DNA from: an uncultured delta proteobacterium
GTDB taxonomy: Bacteria; Desulfobacterota; Binatia; UBA9968
Direction of reading: 5' to 3'
DNA length: 64,000 bases
NCBI GenBank assembly: GCA_963728565.1
Contig: CAVSLC010000010.1
Span: 267,978-331,977 of the forward strand
The notes under the pieces: model-generated
The model's database searches: none
Told to the model about the DNA's origin: nothing
What the model saw: the letters and a program-made list of their open reading frames with translations, nothing else
Shown: positions 51,897-61,455 of the stretch, in pieces
Position numbering within the stretch: the stretch's first letter is position 1
How the letters are laid out: the number at the start of each line of letters is the position of its first letter
Position numbers and translations under genes: made by a program

Positions 51897-54308
51897 TCAA
51901 GATATAGCGTCGGCTGCGGGCCGCTCGGCGGCCTCGAAGCCGACGCTGGCGCCGTTGGATTCCAACGCAAGCAACAAGGCGTCATCGACAGTTTTAAGAA
52001 ATTCAAAGCGCATCCCGTCGCGCGCCGGCGGAGGGATCTCGTCGATGTCCCGTCGATTCAGCTCGGGCAGCAAGACGTGTGTGATACCGGCGCGTTTGGC
52101 GGCCAGTATCTTTTCCCTGATCCCTCCCACGGGCAGGACGAGGCCGCGCAGGCTGATCTCGCCGGTCATGGCGACATCTTTGCTGACCCGGCGCCCGGTC
52201 AGCAGTGAAACCAGAGCGACAAAGAGCGTGGCACCGGCGCTGGGACCGTCTTTGGGGATCGCGCCGGCGGGAAGGTGGATATGCAGATCGTTCTTTCGAA
52301 ACACCTCTGGGTCGATGCCCAGCGTTTCGGCCCGTGATTTGACCAAACTCAAGGCGGCCTGCGCGCTTTCCTTCATTACATCGCCCAACTGGCCGGTCAA
52401 AATCAGTCGACCTTCTCCCGGCATTTTGGTCACTTCGACAAACAAAATATCACCGCCCACCGGAGTCCAGGCCAAACCGGTCGCAACCCCCGGTAAGCTG
52501 GTGCGCAGCGCGATCTCGTTAAAAAATTTTTTCTGGCCGAGGTAATTGACGACCGATTCGGCATCAATGGTGATCGGCTCGGTGAGACCTTCGGCAACCC
52601 GCGCGGCGACGCTCCGGCACACAGCGCCCAACTCGCGCTCGAGTTGGCGGACGCCGGCCTCTCGAGTGTACGACCTGATGATTTCCCGGATAGCGTCATC
52701 AGTGAAATGAATCTGTTCCGGTTTGAGACCATTCTCAACCGTCTGTCTCGGAATGAGAAAACCTTTGGCAATGGCTAATTTGTCGTCCTCGATGTAACCG
52801 GGCACTTCGAGGATTTCCATGCGATCGCGGAGCGGCCCGGGAATGGTATCGAGGACGTTTGCCGTGGCTATGAATAGGACCTGGCTCAGATCGAAAGGCA
52901 CAGCGAGATAGTGATCCTGAAAGGTGTTGTTTTGCGATGGATCCAGAACTTCGAGCAGTGCCGCCGAAGGATCGCCGTGAAAGCTGGCGCTGAGCTTGTC
53001 GATCTCATCGAGCATAAAGACCGGATTTCTGCTGCCGGCCTTTCTAATGCCTTGGATGATATTGCCCGGAAGCGAGCCGATGTAGGTGCGGCGATGCCCC
53101 CGGATATCCGCCTCGTCGTGCACGCCGCCCAGACTTTGTCGCACGAATTTGCGATTCATCGCTCGGGCGATGCTTTGTCCGAGCGAAGTCTTGCCGACTC
53201 CCGGAGGCCCGACTAAACACAGGATCGGGCTTTTTCCTTCAGGCTTGAGTTTACGCACCGCGAGAAATTCGACGATACGTTTTTTTACCTTCTCGAGACC
53301 GTAATGATCCGTGTCGAGAATCTCACGAGCCTTGGGCAGATCGATTTCCTCTTCGGTGAGAATACTCCACGGCAGTTCTACCAACCAGTCGAAGTAGGTG
53401 CGTAGCGAAGAATATTCGGGTCCCCCCTCGGGCATGCGCTGCAACCGGTTGAGCTCATTAAGCGCTTCCTTTTCCACCTCGGGAGGCATCTTCGCATCAT
53501 ACATCTTCTGGCGCAGATCCTCCGCCTCCACGCCTTTGCCGTCCTCCTCACCAAGCTCTTTTTGAATCGCCTTTAGCTGCTCACGGAGAAAGTACTGGCG
53601 CTGCGCTTTGGTCATCGAGTCCTTGGTCTCTTCGCTGATTTTCTTGCTTAGTTCCAGGACTTCGATTTGGCGCGCTAACTTTTCTGAAACTCTTTGGGCG
53701 CGGTTTACCGGGTCCAGCGTTGCGAGTAACTCCTGTTTCTCAGCCGTTGGTATGTCGAGTGTCGAGGCGATCATATCGATCAACATCAAAGGATCTTCGA
53801 TCCTCTCGATGGTCGTTTTCAACTCGTTCATCGGCTCGGGCAGCAAAGACAGCGCTCTCGACGCTTCTTGACGCAGATTAACTATTCTTGCCTCGAACTG
53901 TTTGGTCTGTGGGATCGTCTCTTCCACCATTGTGATCCGCGCGATCAGCAGCGGATCGACCTGGAGAAACTCGGCTATTTCGAAGCGGCGGCGGCCTTGG
54001 GCAATGATTTGCCGCTGCCCATCCGGCAGGCTGAACATCCTGAGTATGTCTGCTGCCGTGCCGATGTTGTACAGGTCTTGAGGCGTCGGGTTTTCCACGG
54101 CCGGGTCTCGTTGACCGACAAAACCGACCGGCAACTGCTGTCGCACCGTCTCTTCAATAGCTTGCAGACTCGCCGGGCGACCGACCACGAGCGGCATGAT
54201 CGTCGACGGAAAGAGCACCGCGTTGCGCAGCGGCAAAATGACCATTGCCCCTTCCGGGATGTTTATCCGAGGTTTGGACTTAGGAGTTTCCGCCGGTTCA
54301 GCTTTCAT
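51897..54308 (-). CDS. lon: ATP-dependent Lon protease
   Basis: LPLRN.VLFP, GPPGVGKT, LDEIDK, PKDGPSAG (Ser) and VGGIREK (Lys); ATG overlaps the hsp20 stop. Confidence 0.96.
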   Translation of the reverse strand: MKAEPAETPKSKPRINIPEGAMVILPLRNAVLFPSTIMPLVVGRPASLQAIEETVRQQLPVGFVGQRDPAVENPTPQDLYNIGTAADILRMFSLPDGQRQIIAQGRRRFEIAEFLQVDPLLIARITMVEETIPQTKQFEARIVNLRQEASRALSLLPEPMNELKTTIERIEDPLMLIDMIASTLDIPTAEKQELLATLDPVNRAQRVSEKLARQIEVLELSKKISEETKDSMTKAQRQYFLREQLKAIQKELGEEDGKGVEAEDLRQKMYDAKMPPEVEKEALNELNRLQRMPEGGPEYSSLRTYFDWLVELPWSILTEEEIDLPKAREILDTDHYGLEKVKKRIVEFLAVRKLKPEGKSPILCLVGPPGVGKTSLGQSIARAMNRKFVRQSLGGVHDEADIRGHRRTYIGSLPGNIIQGIRKAGSRNPVFMLDEIDKLSASFHGDPSAALLEVLDPSQNNTFQDHYLAVPFDLSQVLFIATANVLDTIPGPLRDRMEILEVPGYIEDDKLAIAKGFLIPRQTVENGLKPEQIHFTDDAIREIIRSYTREAGVRQLERELGAVCRSVAARVAEGLTEPITIDAESVVNYLGQKKFFNEIALRTSLPGVATGLAWTPVGGDILFVEVTKMPGEGRLILTGQLGDVMKESAQAALSLVKSRAETLGIDPEVFRKNDLHIHLPAGAIPKDGPSAGATLFVALVSLLTGRRVSKDVAMTGEISLRGLVLPVGGIREKILAAKRAGITHVLLPELNRRDIDEIPPPARDGMRFEFLKTVDDALLLALESNGASVGFEAAERPAADAIS

Positions 54309-54739
54309 GAATGCTTCCTTAGCTGAATAATTAGCAGGCCTTCCTTCAATGTGATCTCGCCGAGTATTAACGGGGTTTCGCCTGCTATTACCCTGAGACG
54401 CCGCTCGAAATGACCGAGCGGAATTTCCCATATTTTTAGATCCCCGTCGTTGCAACACTTGGGCAGAGGCCGATGACCGGTGATCACCAGTTCGTTGGCA
54501 TCGATTCGCACTTGTACCTGGTCCGACGATACTCCGGGAATGGCAGAGATCACCCAGAGACTTTCATCGGTTTCGATAACGTTGACCGGAGGCTCCCAGC
54601 TCGGAGCCCGACTTTGAGATGACCGATACTGGGTCGCCGCGGCAATCTGTATGAAGTTGCGCTGGATCCGCTCTGCTCGGTGGAGCAAATCGTTGGCTCG
54701 AGACCATATGAATAAATCCCAATCGTCGCGTTCGGCCAT
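54305..54739 (-). CDS. Hsp20/alpha-crystallin small heat shock protein
   Basis: WEPPVNVIET, IPGV, EIP.G.FERR and EGLL.I.LRK; translationally coupled to lon. Confidence 0.85.
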   Translation of the reverse strand: MAERDDWDLFIWSRANDLLHRAERIQRNFIQIAAATQYRSSQSRAPSWEPPVNVIETDESLWVISAIPGVSSDQVQVRIDANELVITGHRPLPKCCNDGDLKIWEIPLGHFERRLRVIAGETPLILGEITLKEGLLIIQLRKHS

Positions 54740-55393
54740 TTTAATCGCTGCCTCCAACAACTAAGGGGCACATTACTAGCGGAGTGAAGGCTCATCCCTC
54801 GGTGAGTCCGATTCGGCGTGCAACGTCCCCTTGTCATTGTCACACCAACCGCAACGCAGCTACTGTATCAACAGTAGGAATGGCCGCAACCAATGTCAAG
54901 AAAGGCGACGGTTATATTTGCAGCGGCAGCGTTGGCGAGAGCACGTGTTGATTCTTCCCAACCGCGCTTGCAAGCAGCAAGTGGCAGCTCCGATTGCGAC
55001 TATCTCCGGTCTCACCGCTCCGATAAGTTGATTGTCGCTTCCGAGCGCGCCCCGTGTGTCTAGCTGACAGTATCGCGTTATTAGCGCAGGTGATGGCAAA
55101 AATTGGACCCCTGACAAGGCTACAACCAAATGTTTGCTTCTGTATCATCTGGAAGCCAAATTGCGCTTGGCCCGGCAAGCGGTCGTCTGAAATGCAACCA
55201 AGCGGCGATCTAATCTCCGGCTACTTCTTCTTGAGCTCAGGCTGCAGGTCGCCAGCAGTGATGCCGATACAACTCGTACAACGCTACATTTTGTATCAAG
55301 CCCTGAATTGCACCTGCAAAACCGAGATGCCGATGAATGACACTGGCCGGAGCTACTTGTTGCTCTTTACAGAAATTGTTACGTTGAATGTAG

Positions 55394-56644
55394 ATGATCC
55401 GTATTCTGTTCCTGCCTTTGATGTTGCTGCTGGGTTGTGCGGGGCCTACTCCGGTCACCAAAATCGACCCGATGATCGTTGGCGAAGCAACTTTCTTCCC
55501 AACCATCGCCGCGCATACCGACGCCCCCATTATGGGCGGTAATAAGATCGATGTGCTGCTCAACGGCGAGCAAACCTTCCCAGCCATGCTCAAAGCGATC
55601 CGCGGCGCGCGCAAGTCGATCACCTATGCCCAATATCTTTATCAAGATGGCGCCATTGCCTATGAGCTTGCCGAGGCATTTGCCGAGCGTTGCCGCGCCG
55701 GCCTGACGGTGAAACTTCTGCTCGATTCACATGGTGGCGGCAAGATCCCCAAAGACATTCCCCAGCTTTTGACCGACGCCGGCTGTCAACTCGAATGGTT
55801 TCGCCGTGTCAGATTATTTCAATTCATCACCCCATGGGAGCTGTTGAATTACAATTATCGCAATCACCGGCGTATCCTGGTGATCGACGGCACACTGGGT
55901 TTTACCGGGGGCCACGGCGTGGCCGAAGAATGGACCGGGGACGGGCGCACCGACGGTAAATGGCGCGATACCGACGTCCGGGTCGAAGGGCCGATTGTCC
56001 AACAAATGCAGGCCGCGTTCGTGGAGAGTTGGCGCGATACCACCGGGCATATCCTCGCCGGTGATCTTTATTTCCCGGCGCTGAAACCGGTGGGCAAGGT
56101 CAATGCGCAGGTGGTTAAAAGCTCGCCCCTCGGCGGCACCTACGAATCGTACATGCTGTTGCTCCTTTCGATCTCGTCGGCGCGCAAAAGCATTCATCTC
56201 TCGAACCCGTATTTTTTACCCGACGAGCGCATGCAAGAAGCGCTTTTGGACGCGGTGAAGAGGGGAGTGTCGGTAGTCGTGCTAACGCCGGGGAAAATCG
56301 ATCATAAGCTGGTGTATTGGGCCAGTCGCAGGGGATTCGAGCCTCTGCTGCTCGGTGGCATTCAAATCTACGAATATCAGGCGGCGTTGATGCACGCCAA
56401 AACCATGGTGGTCGACGGGGTCTGGGCGCATGTCGGCACCACCAACCTCGACAACCGTTCATTTGCCCTAAACGAGGAAATCAATCTAATCGCTTACGAC
56501 CGCGCCGTTGCCGATGAGCTCGAGAAGGCGTTTGCGGATGATTTAAAGTATTCAAAAAAATTGACCTACGAAGCCTGGAAGGCTCGTCCGTGGCGTGAGA
56601 AATTTCTCGAACTCTTCACGATTCCTCTCAAAGAACAACTCTGA
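55394..56644 (+). CDS. Phospholipase D / cardiolipin synthase (ClsB-like) with a lipoprotein signal
   Basis: LLLGC lipobox, NHRRILVIDG..GFTGG, WRDT and MHAKTMVVD..VG.TNLD.RSF. Confidence 0.88.
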   Translation: MIRILFLPLMLLLGCAGPTPVTKIDPMIVGEATFFPTIAAHTDAPIMGGNKIDVLLNGEQTFPAMLKAIRGARKSITYAQYLYQDGAIAYELAEAFAERCRAGLTVKLLLDSHGGGKIPKDIPQLLTDAGCQLEWFRRVRLFQFITPWELLNYNYRNHRRILVIDGTLGFTGGHGVAEEWTGDGRTDGKWRDTDVRVEGPIVQQMQAAFVESWRDTTGHILAGDLYFPALKPVGKVNAQVVKSSPLGGTYESYMLLLLSISSARKSIHLSNPYFLPDERMQEALLDAVKRGVSVVVLTPGKIDHKLVYWASRRGFEPLLLGGIQIYEYQAALMHAKTMVVDGVWAHVGTTNLDNRSFALNEEINLIAYDRAVADELEKAFADDLKYSKKLTYEAWKARPWREKFLELFTIPLKEQL

Positions 56645-56706
56645 CAATCTCCCTATAGAATCGCCGTGCCAAGTATCGCGGCTCATCAGCATTGAGCGGC
56701 AACTCA

Positions 56707-57318
56707 TTATCTTGGCATCAACGCACTCAGAAGAAGGTGCGTCGGCAGATAAATGAACAGCGGGGCGCCGACTAGCAGCAATATCAAGTAGACTGCGGCG
56801 GATATTTTTCTTTGCGGCTGATTTCCCGGTCCGAACACCCAATTGATATTTTCTTCCGGTGGAGTGAAAAAAAAACATATTGGCATCACCAGCCAGAACA
56901 GACTGGTTTGGGCGATCCAGGCCCGGGTGTCGTATCCGAAACAGCAAACCTGCCAAAGCAAAATTATCGGCAGAGGAACATGAAACAGCGACAACCCGCG
57001 CAGCCAGAGCGGCTTATCGGACTTGAACATATAGCCGGCAAGTCCGAGAATCTGCCTGCCGGTAATCAAGCCGATGAAGAACTCGATATTCCATGCGAGC
57101 TCCAGCAGGAGCACCGAGACTGTTTGCATGCTCGCCAGCAACGAACTTTCTAACCAGAGAGCCGCCAAGCCAATAAACAGAGCAAGATCGGAGAACCAAA
57201 GAAAATTTGACGGACCGTACTGCCGCCAATACGCCGGCACGAGAACGCATACGAAAAGGGTGTAGAGAAGACTGATCGAGTATGGAATGGGACAGGTGAA
57301 GAATTCACTTAGCAGCAT
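56707..57318 (-). CDS. Hypothetical multi-pass membrane protein
   Basis: About six hydrophobic segments with NFLWFSD, LSLFH and ENINWVFG. Confidence 0.7.
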   Translation of the reverse strand: MLLSEFFTCPIPYSISLLYTLFVCVLVPAYWRQYGPSNFLWFSDLALFIGLAALWLESSLLASMQTVSVLLLELAWNIEFFIGLITGRQILGLAGYMFKSDKPLWLRGLSLFHVPLPIILLWQVCCFGYDTRAWIAQTSLFWLVMPICFFFTPPEENINWVFGPGNQPQRKISAAVYLILLLVGAPLFIYLPTHLLLSALMPR

Positions 57319-57458
57319 TGCAGCTCAACGAATCTCCCGGCTGGTACCGTACTATGCGCTGCTTGGCTATGAGCAGGCAAGGAAGTCTGGGTTTCAACCT
57401 TACGGAACACAGGTGGAGAATATTGGATGCCGGTATCTGCGGCAGGTGATGATCGCGG

Positions 57459-57722
57459 CTAAGCTGTGACAATATCCCCGCGACTGACGGAAGGAACCTC
57501 CAGCCAATCATTCGGGCCGAGATCCAGGTTACGGATCTTGAAGTTGCCCTTGCCGGTATCGTCCTGAGAGATCTCAATGGATCTGGACTCGCCACCTTTC
57601 AAGGTGAAGGTTCCGACAGTCTGATTACAAACGTTATCAAATATTTCAAACTCGTTGGTGGTTAGCGTCGAACTGCTGTTGCGTAGGATTACGGTGATCT
57701 TTTCCGCCGGGACCATAACCAA
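57459..57722 (-). CDS. Small hypothetical beta-rich protein
   Basis: 87-aa ORF with protein-like composition, filling the gap between genes. Confidence 0.5.
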   Translation of the reverse strand: MVMVPAEKITVILRNSSSTLTTNEFEIFDNVCNQTVGTFTLKGGESRSIEISQDDTGKGNFKIRNLDLGPNDWLEVPSVSRGDIVTA

Positions 57723-57853
57723 TTATTATCAAGATTTATTCAGGGCCGCAAAACTCCGAGTCGAGCAATTGGGCCCAAACACCTGCGCCCTTGGCTAGAG
57801 ACTCGACGTGCCCGATGGCTACCCGTGAGCGGCTCGCATGTTATATTGCTGGA

Positions 57854-58243
57854 ATGAAAAGCCAACTGAGCCCGGGTCTATCCCGTACAGCAACCTATTT
57901 AACAACGCTGGAGATGCGGGCGCGACAACTCGCCCGCGACGTTTTCTCAACCCCGGCGATGATCGGCCTGATGGAAAGAACTTGCGTTGAGTTGACCGAG
58001 CCTTACCTGGAAGAAAATGAACAGACAGTCGGAATTCACGTCGATGTCAGGCATCTAGCACCGACGAATATCGGCCAGAGCGTTACGGTCACTGCCGAGC
58101 TTCTCGAAGTTAAGGGCAACAAGCTGCGTTATAGGGTATCGGCGACCAACGATCATAACGTGAAGATCGGCGATGGCACGCACGGTCGGGCGGTGATCAA
58201 CACAGCGCGTTTTGCAAAAGGTTCGGAAGCTGACAGAACATAG
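57854..58243 (+). CDS. FlK-like hot-dog thioesterase
   Basis: VFSTPAMIGLME (Thr, Glu), TVG..V.VRHLAPT (His) and G.H.RAVI. Confidence 0.87.
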   Translation: MKSQLSPGLSRTATYLTTLEMRARQLARDVFSTPAMIGLMERTCVELTEPYLEENEQTVGIHVDVRHLAPTNIGQSVTVTAELLEVKGNKLRYRVSATNDHNVKIGDGTHGRAVINTARFAKGSEADRT

Positions 58244-58274
58244 CCCAATCGCGCATACAATCGGCGCATCGTAT

Positions 58275-59663
58275 TTATCCGGGCAGGAAATCTTCCAGAC
58301 GAACCGTTTCCCATCCCATGGGTTTTAGCCGTTGAAAAGGCTGGCGCGCCTGTTCGCCGGCGCAAAGCGGCGGCTTGGTGGCGTCGATGATCACTTTGCC
58401 GCCGACCCGGTGCCAGTACGGTCCTCCCGGCGGCACGGGCTCGACACCGGTCGGATCCATCGGATGAATGCGAGTTCCGGGAATGACGATGATGTCGTCT
58501 TGCGGGTTGCAGCGCGTATTGATCGCCCAGAGAACTTCCCAGTAGTTAAAAATATTGACGTCTTCATCGACCGCGATGGCCACCTTCGGGTGCAGGATCG
58601 GACTCGATAGAACCCCCATTAAAATTTGTTTAGCCTCGCCGTAGAAGCGCGGCGTCATTTGCACGACGATGCCGAACAAGCCGGGTAGCACCAGAAGATT
58701 GTGCAAATTGACATAGCCGCCGATGTTTTTGATGTGATTGTAGACCGCGACGCCGAAAGGAACTTTGTGAAAGATGCAGCCTTCGACCTCCGAGCCATTC
58801 TGGATCGCTTTGAAGATTGCATCGTGGCGTCTGGTGATGCAATCGATCTCTATCACCGGATTTTTCCCCATGCCGGCGACGTAGTAATCATGGAATTCGG
58901 AAAAAGGCCCTTCGTCTTCGCGCACGTTTGGCAGAATGCGTCCTTCAAGAATGATCTCCGCATCGAACGGCACTTCGAGATCGTTGGTCTCGCATTTCAC
59001 CACCCTGGCGGATTCCCCGATCAGGCCGCCGGCCAATTCCAGCTCATCCATTTCGAACGCGCCGGTGCTGGCCGCGGCCATATAGTAAAGCGGATGGTGG
59101 CCGATAAAAATAGAAACCGGCATGGCCTGATTGCGCGCTTCATGCTTGTTGAGAATTTCTCGGGTGTGCCGCGGCACAATCAAAGCCCCGGTTTTTCTCG
59201 GCCCTTTGATCTGCAAACGATGGAAGGCGACGTTGCGGATACCGCTGTCCGGATCCCGCGCAACCATCAATCCGGATGCGATGTAGGGAGTCTCTTCACT
59301 GCCTGCTACATGCGCCGGCAACTCGGTCAGATCGACTTGATCGCCCTTCAGGATGACTTCCTTGACGGGACCGCTCGAGACCAGCTCGACGGGGCATCGT
59401 TTGAGAGTTCGTTCGGCGGCGCTGGGAATTAATTCTTCAATGGTGGTATCGAAGGCAATCGCCGCATGGCGCAAGTTGGCGGGGGCCATGCCCAGGCTGC
59501 GCCACCCCGGAAAGCCGTCGAGGTTTTCGAACAGCAAGCCTTTCTCACGCGACTGATATAGCAGCGCGCCCATTTGCGTGTGCGGATGTACCGGTTTGGC
59601 GATACGAATGAGCTCGCCCGCTTCTTCCAATTGCTTAATCCAACTGCGCATATCTCTCGACAT
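58275..59663 (-). CDS. Second UbiD-family decarboxylase
   Basis: DMRSWI..LE..GEL, RNVAFHRLQ, EGPFSEFHDYY, IAVDEDVNI and IIDATKP. Confidence 0.92.
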   Translation of the reverse strand: MSRDMRSWIKQLEEAGELIRIAKPVHPHTQMGALLYQSREKGLLFENLDGFPGWRSLGMAPANLRHAAIAFDTTIEELIPSAAERTLKRCPVELVSSGPVKEVILKGDQVDLTELPAHVAGSEETPYIASGLMVARDPDSGIRNVAFHRLQIKGPRKTGALIVPRHTREILNKHEARNQAMPVSIFIGHHPLYYMAAASTGAFEMDELELAGGLIGESARVVKCETNDLEVPFDAEIILEGRILPNVREDEGPFSEFHDYYVAGMGKNPVIEIDCITRRHDAIFKAIQNGSEVEGCIFHKVPFGVAVYNHIKNIGGYVNLHNLLVLPGLFGIVVQMTPRFYGEAKQILMGVLSSPILHPKVAIAVDEDVNIFNYWEVLWAINTRCNPQDDIIVIPGTRIHPMDPTGVEPVPPGGPYWHRVGGKVIIDATKPPLCAGEQARQPFQRLKPMGWETVRLEDFLPG

Positions 59664-59774
59664 TGTTGTCCTCGCGCCTTCGAAATCTCAGAGTTGAATC
59701 GGCTTCTGCGTTTCAGCCGCCAGCTTCTCGGTTCTGTCCCATTGGAGCTGTCGTTAGCTGCTGCGTAACCTGGA

Positions 59775-60800
59775 TCATTGCGGCTTGCCGTTGCCATAGA
59801 GTTTCTTCACAAAAGATGATGCTTCAATCTTCTTTAAGAAAGAGTGGTCGATAAAATCTTCGGCGCGTTGAGCGTTAGCCTCCGCTGAACTGGAGAAGTT
59901 CAGCACGCCCTGAACCGAGTCGGATGAAACATAGGGCACACGTTGTTGAAAAGCGGGGAGAAAGGTCTCGTAGGTGACCTTGAGCGCCTCGGGGTCGGCG
60001 ATCTGAGTGTACTTGGCGATCGCCTTGATTCCGACATCCGGTTGTTCTCGGGTCATTTTCATCGCCTCGATATAGGCTTTGAGAAAGGCGTCGACACTTT
60101 CTGGATTATTCTTGGCGAAGGCGCGGTTTACCCCGATAGCGGTATGGATATAGCTGAGGTTGAGCGCGCCGAGGTCGATCAGCTCTTTGTAGCCCATCTT
60201 TCTGGCGCGCAAGGTTGTCGGTGCCGACAGCGTCGTCGCATCGACGATGCCTTTTTCCAGAGCGCCTAGTTGCGGCACGGGTCCGCCGAGATAAACCGAG
60301 CTCACGTCTTTGCCGAGAGTCAAACCGAACTGTTTCAGGGCAATGATCGTGGCCAGTTCGATGGAGCCGCCCTTAGCATCCACCGCAACGGTTTTTCCTT
60401 TGAGATCTTCGGGACGGGTGATTTCCGAACGTGAATAAATAGAGAAAATCAGGTGATTGGATGTGCTGGCGATGTAGGCAATGCCGGCGCCGCGAATCGC
60501 GCCTTCCACGAGAGCGCCGCCGAGGGCGGCGATCGGCGCCGTGCCCGCGACCAGCATCTGCGCCGCGGCTGGCCCGGTACCGCGGAGCAAAAGCAACTCC
60601 TTTACTCCCAGGCCATGCTTTTTGAACAAGCCCTGTTCCTGCGCGACGTACAGCGGCGTCATGACGCCGCTCGGGGATGCATAGCCGATGGCGATGTCGT
60701 CCTGTCTTGCCTGGCCTCGCGCGGCTTCAGCGGCAATCGCCACACAGATCACAACCAAGAAGATGATGCCGGCGGTGCGTTTGTCACGATCGGTAAACAT
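59775..60800 (-). CDS. ABC substrate-binding protein, NMT1/SsuA-like
   Basis: Signal peptide, PLYVAQEQGLFKKHGL, DLKGKTVAV and FIDHSFL. Confidence 0.85.
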   Translation of the reverse strand: MFTDRDKRTAGIIFLVVICVAIAAEAARGQARQDDIAIGYASPSGVMTPLYVAQEQGLFKKHGLGVKELLLLRGTGPAAAQMLVAGTAPIAALGGALVEGAIRGAGIAYIASTSNHLIFSIYSRSEITRPEDLKGKTVAVDAKGGSIELATIIALKQFGLTLGKDVSSVYLGGPVPQLGALEKGIVDATTLSAPTTLRARKMGYKELIDLGALNLSYIHTAIGVNRAFAKNNPESVDAFLKAYIEAMKMTREQPDVGIKAIAKYTQIADPEALKVTYETFLPAFQQRVPYVSSDSVQGVLNFSSSAEANAQRAEDFIDHSFLKKIEASSFVKKLYGNGKPQ

Positions 60801-60936
60801 TGTTCCTCCTCAAGGCTGGTGAAACGGCCTTGCAAGAAGCGACGGACCCAGGGCAGACGATGTCAACCTGAGTAGCTCTGGGTTCCGACGGGAAAGCAAT
60901 CGGGAGTTTCCAGAAAGCTCTCAGGGTCCCGCCTGG

Positions 60937-61293
60937 CTAACGGGCGGAGCGGATCTCCATCTCCAGCCCGTGCGGATCCTGTACAAAAATAGTTGTGAGC
61001 TTGCCTGACTGATCACGATTTTCGCGCAGGATTCGCGCGTTCTTTGCTTTGAATTCTTTTGCCGCCTGCTCGATATCATCGCTGATGAACCCGTAGTGGT
61101 GTACGCCGGTTTTGTCGGACGATTCCATTAGTTGTATCGATGGCGCGCCATCGATAGTCACAAAACAGAACGAGTAACCCGCGGCGCCTTTTCTGATAGC
61201 GGTGGGCTGACCGCCGAAGTGCGCTCGATAAAACTCGATCGATTCATTGATATCTTTGCAATAGATCGCGACATGCTCCAATCGATTGCTCAT
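60937..61293 (-). CDS. VOC/glyoxalase family protein
   Basis: EHVAI...D..ESIEFY, HHYGF..DDI and F..DP.G..MEI. Confidence 0.88.
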   Translation of the reverse strand: MSNRLEHVAIYCKDINESIEFYRAHFGGQPTAIRKGAAGYSFCFVTIDGAPSIQLMESSDKTGVHHYGFISDDIEQAAKEFKAKNARILRENRDQSGKLTTIFVQDPHGLEMEIRSAR

Positions 61294-61333
61294 AGATTTC
61301 TCCTTAATTCAGCGATTGGTGGTTAATATCTTG

Positions 61334-61455
61334 CAGGCTGCTCACAAGATCCAAAGACAAGTTACAAGCCTGAAGACGGAAATCTGAAAGGGAAATTTCA
61401 AATTTTCAGCTTTCATAACTCATCCTTCAAAGCATAGGATTTTTTCAGCGGCCTG
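61334..61455. mobile_element. Putative MITE-like element of about 122 bp with imperfect terminal inverted repeats
   Basis: Left end CAGGCTGCTCACAAGATCC versus reverse complement of the right end CAGGCCGCTGAAAAAATCC (15/19); AT-rich interior with TTTCA-type repeats at about 7-nt spacing. Confidence 0.5.

Noticed and set aside
54860-54877. CTGT..ACAG palindrome as a LexA SOS box
   Set aside because: The spacer is 4 nt, not the 8 nt of CTGT-N8-ACAG.
54831-55390. Short ORFs between hsp20 and the PLD gene; likewise at 39761-40012, 46146-46358 and 63278-63478
   Set aside because: No convincing RBS, motifs or protein-like composition; treated as intergenic.
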